A stretch of DNA of 64,000 bases, taken from assembly GCA_965203995.1 (NCBI GenBank), contig OZ241962.1, positions 300,453-364,452 on the forward strand, in the 5' to 3' direction. Position numbers and translations under genes: made by a program. Below are positions 58,761 through 64,000 of the stretch, piece by piece (position 1 is the first letter of the stretch; every line of letters starts with the position of its first letter). The stretch comes from Dehalococcoidia bacterium. Its GTDB lineage: Bacteria; Chloroflexota; Dehalococcoidia; Bin125. The notes below the pieces were generated by a model. That model was not told the origin of the DNA. It saw only the letters and a list, made by a program, of their open reading frames with translations, and ran no database searches.

Positions 58761-60900
58761 GCGTCTTGCGGCGGTGGGTGACGAAGTCGTGCAGGACGTA
58801 CTCGCCGAGCTCGTCGGGCTGGCTGTAGAAGACGCGGCCGCCGTTGATCCGGGCGACGCGGTCGACGAACTCTTTCAGGTAGTAGCTGCGGTCGAGCATG
58901 AAGACATTGATTACGATGTCCTTCTTGGTGCAGTGCCGCACTTCCTTGAGCGTCTCGCGGATCGTGATGGGCGAGGGCGGATAGGCGAAGTAGGAGCGTC
59001 CCTGTTCGAGGTGGGCGGTCGGCTCGCCGTCGGTGATCATGATCACCTGGCGCGTGCCGAGCTTGTGCTTGGCCAGCAACTGCTGCGCGATCAGCAGGGC
59101 GTGGTGCATGTTGGTGCCCAGCACCGTCTCGTCCCAGCGGACGTAGGGGAGCTGGTCGGCCTTGAGCTCGCGCGCGTAGGCGCTGAAACCAACCAGGTAG
59201 AGCGAGTCGCGCGGATACTGCATGCGGATCAGGTTGTTGAGCGCCATGGCGACCTTCTTGGCCGCCTGGAATGAGCCGCGCAGAGCCATCGACCAGGAGA
59301 GGTCGAGCATCACCACTGTCGCCGTCTGGGTCAGCGTCTCCGAGCGGTAGACCTCGAAGTCGTCGGGCGTGAGGTTGACGGGCACCTGCGGTCCGCCTTC
59401 CGGCGCGGTGCGGAGGATGGCGTTGGAGATCGTGTCCTTGAGGTTCAGATGGAAGGGATCGCCGAACTCGTAGAGCTTGGTGTCGTCGGCGCGGTCTCCG
59501 TAGCGGCCGGTCTCGGGCACGTTGTGCTTGCCGAAGTTCTGACGCTTGAGGTTGGCGTAGATCTCGGCCAGGGCCTTCTCGCCGATCCGGCGGTTGCCGC
59601 GCGGGGTCAGCTCCCAGGCGTTGCCCTTCTTCTCCAGGTATCCGGCCTCTTCGAGCAGTTCGAGCAGCTGCTTGAGCTGCTCGAGGATCTCGCGAGACTC
59701 CTCGCCCATCAGCTCTTCGAGCTGGTCGGGATCGATGTCGTCGATGTTGCCGCCGTACTGGACCCGCTCGAGGGCGCGCTCGAGTTCGTCCAGTTGCTGC
59801 ATGTCGCCCATCAGCGACATCGCGGCCTGGAGGTCGATCTCTTCCTGGCCGCGGAAGGGGTACTGGTTGAGCAGGTCGCGCATCGGATAGAGCGCTTCCA
59901 GGTTCTGCGCGAGCTGCGACAGTTCCTGCTCCATGCCCATCTCGCCCATGAGCTGCTGCATCATGTCGTTGAGCTGCTGACGCATCTCGCCGGGCAGCGA
60001 CGACATCAGATTCTGCATCTGCGCGGCCTGGCGCTGCATCTGTTCGACCAGCTCGTCCAGCGACTGTGGCGGATCGTCGCCGAACATGTCGCCCCACTTG
60101 TCCATGAACTCGTCGAAGCGCGGGTCCTCGCCGCGACGCTGGCGCTCCAGCATCTCGTTGAGGTCCTGCATCATCTCGCGCATCTGGTCCATGTCCTGCG
60201 GCGACATGTCGGACATCATCTGGCTCATGTCGTTGAAGAAGCGATTCATCATCGCCTGCTTCAACTGTTCCAGCAGTTCCTCGTACTTCTGCCGCGCCTC
60301 ATCGTCCTCGAACTCGTACTCCTGCAGTTCCTTGACCTGTCCGGCGGCGTCCTCGGGCAGCCGATCGATCTGTTCCTGCTTGCGCTCAAGCCGCTGGCGC
60401 AGGGCTTCCTTGAGCCGCTCCATCTCATCCTCGGTGAGCGGCGACGGTGACTGTTCCGAGGCATGCTGTGGCTCACCTCCGGCCGACTCAGCTTGCTCGG
60501 GCGCGGCTCCCTGAGCCTGCGGCTGCTCCCCAGTGGGAGGAGCGTCTTGAGGCGCCTCCGGCCTCGGGCCGACCTCATCGAGGCGGTCGTCGAGGGTGTC
60601 TCGCTCGAGGTCGAGGATTTCGTCGAGTTGCTGCTGAATGTCGTCGAAGACGGAGGAGAGGTCGAAGCGTTCGAGCTGCTGGCGGCGCTGTTGGCGCAGG
60701 CGCTGGAGCAGGTCGCGGAGGCCGTCGGTGCGATCGCCGTCGGGCGTGCGAATGCCGCGCTGCATCATGTTGCGCAGCGCCTGTTGCAGGTCGCCGAATG
60801 AGAGCAGGTCGTCTGAGAGCGACTGGAGCACCTCGTCGGCGTCGAGCGCGGGGACATCCTGGGTGCCGTCCCACTGCGTGTATCGGAATCGGGTGGGCAT
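58747..60900 (-). CDS. VWA-domain protein (ChlD/CoxE-like partner of the upstream AAA+ ATPase)
   Basis: Start MPTRFRYTQWDG at 60900. Long acidic M/Q/E-rich middle region. C-terminal VWA with MIDAS (VVMLDLSWSM…TNMHHAL…ITDGEPT). Confidence 0.85.
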   Translation of the reverse strand: MPTRFRYTQWDGTQDVPALDADEVLQSLSDDLLSFGDLQQALRNMMQRGIRTPDGDRTDGLRDLLQRLRQQRRQQLERFDLSSVFDDIQQQLDEILDLERDTLDDRLDEVGPRPEAPQDAPPTGEQPQAQGAAPEQAESAGGEPQHASEQSPSPLTEDEMERLKEALRQRLERKQEQIDRLPEDAAGQVKELQEYEFEDDEARQKYEELLEQLKQAMMNRFFNDMSQMMSDMSPQDMDQMREMMQDLNEMLERQRRGEDPRFDEFMDKWGDMFGDDPPQSLDELVEQMQRQAAQMQNLMSSLPGEMRQQLNDMMQQLMGEMGMEQELSQLAQNLEALYPMRDLLNQYPFRGQEEIDLQAAMSLMGDMQQLDELERALERVQYGGNIDDIDPDQLEELMGEESREILEQLKQLLELLEEAGYLEKKGNAWELTPRGNRRIGEKALAEIYANLKRQNFGKHNVPETGRYGDRADDTKLYEFGDPFHLNLKDTISNAILRTAPEGGPQVPVNLTPDDFEVYRSETLTQTATVVMLDLSWSMALRGSFQAAKKVAMALNNLIRMQYPRDSLYLVGFSAYARELKADQLPYVRWDETVLGTNMHHALLIAQQLLAKHKLGTRQVIMITDGEPTAHLEQGRSYFAYPPSPITIRETLKEVRHCTKKDIVINVFMLDRSYYLKEFVDRVARINGGRVFYSQPDELGEYVLHDFVTHRRKTLSRS

Positions 60901-60923
60901 GGGCGCTCCCTTTGGCTTGCCGG

Positions 60924-60951
60924 GTCTCCCCTGGAGAGGGAGGGTTGCGGG
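60924..60951. repeat. degenerate family-A-like palindrome between the ATPase and VWA genes
   Basis: GTCTCCCCTGGAGAGGGAGGGTTGCGGG. Confidence 0.4.
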
Positions 60952-60955
60952 CAGT

Positions 60956-62353
60956 CTAGGCGCGGTAGAAGATGCTGCCTCCGACGACATCCTTGTTGAG
61001 GCGCTTGTTCAGGTGCAGGCCCTCGAGCAGGAATTCCACGGCGGCCGCGATCGAGGCGGCGTCTTCGCCCACGTTGAGCGGTTGCAGGGCCTCGTCGAGA
61101 CCTTCGATGCGGCCCACGATCGAGGCGTAGTCGCCGGCCTTAAGCGCCTCGCCGACCTCGACGGAGATGCCCGACTTGAACTCGGCGATCACCGGTTCCA
61201 GCGCGCCGAGCTCGAAGTAGCGGCCGAAGACGACGGCGATGGCGCCGGCGATCAGCTTCTCGATCACCTTCTCGTCGGCGCCCTCGTCGACGGTTTCCAG
61301 CTCCATCTTGCCCTGCAGGGCTGGAGCGAGATGCCAGAGGTCGCAGATGCGGGGCGCGACCTGGTCCTCGCCGGCAAGGATGGCGCGGCGCATCGCGTTG
61401 GCGGTCAGTGTTTCGAATCCCGCGATCGAGGCGCGGACCGAAACGCCGGAGCGCTGGGCCACGTCGGGGCTGCGGCGCGCGAGCCGCACGATCTCGGCGA
61501 CGATCTCAGCCATGTAGTCGGGCGTGTTCAGGTTGCGTCCGGGAGCGGCCATCGGCACCGACTCCTGGGAGACGATTTCGAGCTCGGTCTCCAGCTCGGA
61601 CGGGTAGTGGGTGCGAATCTGGGCACCGTAGCGGTCCTTGAGCGGTGTGATGATCCGTCCGCGGTTGGTGTAGTCCTCGGGGTTGGCCGAAGCGACGATC
61701 AGCACATCGAGCGGCAGCCGCACGCGGAAGCCGCGAATCTGTACATCGCGCTCTTCCATGATGTTGAGCAGGCCGACCTGGATGCGCTCGGCGAGGTCGG
61801 GCAACTCGTTGATGCAGAAGATGCCGCGATTGGTGCGCGGGATCAGGCCGAAGTGGATCGTGAGTTCGTCGGAGAGGTAGCGGCCCTCGGCGACCTTGAT
61901 CGGGTCGACCTCACCGATCAGGTCGGCGATCGTGATATCGGGCGTGGCCAGCTTCTCGCCGTAGCGGGTGTCGCGCGGGACCCAGCGGATCGGCGCGTCG
62001 TCACCCTGTTGCTCGATCCGCTGCTTGCCCTCGACCGAGATCGGGGCGAGCGGCTCTTCGAAGATCTCGACGCCGTCGAGGGTGGGGATCTCGTCGTCGA
62101 GCAGGCCGGTCAGGGCGCGGATCATGCGGCTCTTGGCCTGACCGCGCTCGCCGAGGAAGATCACGTCCTGCTCGGCCAGCAGCGCGTTCTCCAGGGCGGG
62201 GACGACGGTGTCTTCGTAGCCGTGGATTTCGGGAAAGAGCGGGCCGCCGGCTTCGAGCCGCTTGATCAGGTTGTCGCGGATCTCTTCCCTGACGGTTCGA
62301 GGTTGATAGCCGGATTCCTTCAACTGCCCCACGGTGGCCGCTCTATTGCTCAC
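60956..62353 (-). CDS. AAA+ ATPase, Mg-chelatase subunit I (ChlI/BchI)-like
   Basis: GTG at 62353 follows TAGGAG. Walker A-like FLGERGQAKS, Walker B-like IFCINELPDL, and …LIVASANPE…GRIITPLKDR…. Confidence 0.85.
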   Translation of the reverse strand: MSNRAATVGQLKESGYQPRTVREEIRDNLIKRLEAGGPLFPEIHGYEDTVVPALENALLAEQDVIFLGERGQAKSRMIRALTGLLDDEIPTLDGVEIFEEPLAPISVEGKQRIEQQGDDAPIRWVPRDTRYGEKLATPDITIADLIGEVDPIKVAEGRYLSDELTIHFGLIPRTNRGIFCINELPDLAERIQVGLLNIMEERDVQIRGFRVRLPLDVLIVASANPEDYTNRGRIITPLKDRYGAQIRTHYPSELETELEIVSQESVPMAAPGRNLNTPDYMAEIVAEIVRLARRSPDVAQRSGVSVRASIAGFETLTANAMRRAILAGEDQVAPRICDLWHLAPALQGKMELETVDEGADEKVIEKLIAGAIAVVFGRYFELGALEPVIAEFKSGISVEVGEALKAGDYASIVGRIEGLDEALQPLNVGEDAASIAAAVEFLLEGLHLNKRLNKDVVGGSIFYRA

Positions 62354-62492
62354 GTCGACTCCTATCCGCTTCTCGTTGGCTGAGGGATCCTCCGTCCACG
62401 ACGGAGGCAAGCTCTACTGGACGGCTTCCCCAATCGGCATCTGGGGGAAGCGGGTTGGCGCGCGGGTCTCCTCAGCGGAGTGGAAACACTGC

Positions 62493-63443
62493 TCACTCGG
62501 CCGGAGCGTTCAGAGCTTCATCGCGCACGAAACGCGGAAGCGGTCGCTTCCGGCCGCCAAGCTTGAGTGTAGCGGGTAGTCCGGCCTCGACCCGTCCGAT
62601 TGAGCGGGCTTCCACGCCAGCGGCCTGGAGCGCATCGAGCGCCGACGACGCCGCATCGGGAGCTACTGCGGCCAACAGCGTGCCCGAGCCCAGCAGTCCC
62701 AGGGGGTCAAGGCCGTGCTGCTCGCACGCCTCAAGGGTCTCGGTCAGCCAGAAGATGCGATCGGCGTCGAGTTCGGGCCCCAGCCCCGCGGCGTCGGCCA
62801 ACTCCAGCGCCGCCGTCGCGATCCCGCCCTCGGTCACGTCGTGCATCGCATGGACGCCGTCGAGGCCGCGCAGCGCCCGGGCGGCAACGGCGATGCTGAT
62901 GCCCGGCTCGTCGAGCAGATGGGGATGGCCGAGGATTGCGGTGCCTTCCACGGCCGCCCGCCCGGCTTGCAGGATCAGGTCGCCGTCCTGCGCGCCGTCG
63001 GAGCGGACAATCGCGTCCAGCGGCGCGCTGCCGATCAGGGTGCAGGAGACGACCGTGCGGGTGACCGCATCGGTCAACTCGGTGTGGCCGCCGACCAGCT
63101 CGACCTGCTCAGCGATGCAGGCGTCCTGCAGATCGATTAGCAGCGCCTGAAGGTCCTCGAGGCGCGTGCCGGGCGGCGCGAGGATGGTGGCAAGCAACCA
63201 GCGAGGATCTGCGCCAACTGCGAAGATGTCATTGGCGTTAACCGTGAGCGCCAGCCTGCCGACGTCGGCTCCGGCGAAGGTGATCGGATCGGACGTGGCG
63301 ACCAGCGCCTCGTCTCCCCAGCGCACGATGGCCGCATCGCGGCCGACGCCCGGTCCCTGGAGGACATCGCCGGTTGCGTTCGGGCGCAGCACCGCCAGGA
63401 GCTCGGGCGGCGCTTTGCCGGTGTTCGGTATGGATGGCGGCAT
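62493..63443 (-). CDS. AIR-synthase-related (PurM/ThiL/HypE-like) protein
   Basis: …GVGRDAAIV…VATSDPITF…, …LVGGHTE…, MHDVTEGG. Confidence 0.78.
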   Translation of the reverse strand: MPPSIPNTGKAPPELLAVLRPNATGDVLQGPGVGRDAAIVRWGDEALVATSDPITFAGADVGRLALTVNANDIFAVGADPRWLLATILAPPGTRLEDLQALLIDLQDACIAEQVELVGGHTELTDAVTRTVVSCTLIGSAPLDAIVRSDGAQDGDLILQAGRAAVEGTAILGHPHLLDEPGISIAVAARALRGLDGVHAMHDVTEGGIATAALELADAAGLGPELDADRIFWLTETLEACEQHGLDPLGLLGSGTLLAAVAPDAASSALDALQAAGVEARSIGRVEAGLPATLKLGGRKRPLPRFVRDEALNAPAE

Positions 63444-63531
63444 GTCGTGATCTATAGCAGCAGTGGATTGAAGATTCGAATGGCCGAACGATTGCTCGGG
63501 AACCTGCTTCGCACATGCATATAGTGGTCAC

Positions 63532-64000
63532 ATGAACGCGACCGTTGCTGAGCATGTCGGTGGATTGGCCTGGTCGGAGGATCCGCGCGGTATCGAGTTG
63601 AACGCGCTGCGGATTGACTTTGAGGGCGCGTCGCCGCACACGGTGTCGCTGCCGCGCCGGGGACCGATCAAGCTGACGGAGTTCCCCGAAGCGGACGCGC
63701 TCAGTTCGGTGCGCGACGATCTGCTGGAGGCGGAGCGGTCGCTGGGCGGACCGGCGGTGCTGCGCTGGCGGGCGGACGGCCTGGGCGGGGCGGAGACCAG
63801 CGAGGTCCGGCTGATCGACGAACCGCTGCCCTGGGGCGGAGGACCCGGCCGCGGTCTGCCGCAGTCGCCGAATCGCCTCGACCGCTGGTCCCGGGCCAAT
63901 GCGGGCGAGGTGATCCCGAACGTGATTACGCCGCTGAGTTGGTCGGTGATCGCGGACTCGCTGGAGAAGGGGTTCCACGATCCGTGGGGGGACTGGACCG
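63532..64000 (+). CDS. PEP-utilising enzyme/PEP-pyruvate-binding domain protein, N-terminal fragment (runs off the window)
   Basis: The frame is open from ATG 63532 to the window end and is not in the track. …RWSRANAGEVIPNVITPLSWSV… is typical of the PPDK_N-type ATP-grasp N-terminus. Confidence 0.65.
   Translation, partial: MNATVAEHVGGLAWSEDPRGIELNALRIDFEGASPHTVSLPRRGPIKLTEFPEADALSSVRDDLLEAERSLGGPAVLRWRADGLGGAETSEVRLIDEPLPWGGGPGRGLPQSPNRLDRWSRANAGEVIPNVITPLSWSVIADSLEKGFHDPWGDWT

Noticed and set aside
17100-60960. CRISPR array formed by the GC-rich palindromes
   Set aside because: The copies are dispersed over 40 kb with irregular spacing and belong to different families and orientations. 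Many are inside genes, there are no regularly spaced unique spacers, and no cas genes are present.

Overview
This is a high-GC (about 65-68% by eye), densely coding bacterial chromosomal segment. All calls are manual reading of the ORF track and sequence; no searches were run. Gene content (many family-III CoA-transferases, hydratases, MFS) and the GC-rich palindromic repeats hint at a Chloroflexota-like organism, but that is a weak inference.

**Housekeeping genes.** prfB (classic +1 frameshift), folD, acpS, nnr, fabF, recJ, an EF-G paralogue, ogt, selD, lhgO and recF.

**Catabolic block (28-42 kb).** Five family-III CoA-transferase domains, two tandem double-hotdog hydratases and an MFS transporter.

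**Phage-derived genes.** They are scattered and lack tail genes. A head and lysis module (endolysin, holin, capsid, scaffold) lies at 32.7-36.2 kb. terS and terL lie at 42.4-44.2 kb. A portal-like gene sits alone on the opposite strand at 50.3 kb. A decayed second terS leader and 5' fragment lies at 25.5-25.8 kb.

**Toxin-antitoxin islet (23-28 kb).** It holds relE with an unusual triple-repeat partner, hicBA, an orphan hicB and a tRNA-like element.

**Most notable signals:**
1. Three tandem lipoprotein DsbA-family genes each have an in-frame TGA exactly at the first Cys of CxxC, followed by a conserved hairpin. They are probably UxxC selenoproteins. selD in the same window also has TGA at its catalytic Cys/Sec position.
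2. A secreted Excalibur/HNH-type nuclease gene is interrupted by an 11-nt poly-G tract and bracketed by direct copies of a composite repeat.
3. At least three families of GC-rich palindromic MITE/REP-like repeats are present. Several copies sit inside coding sequences in one conserved frame, and one apparently fuses two CoA-transferase genes.

Many long ORFs in the track are antisense or off-frame shadow ORFs typical of high-GC DNA, and I rejected them.
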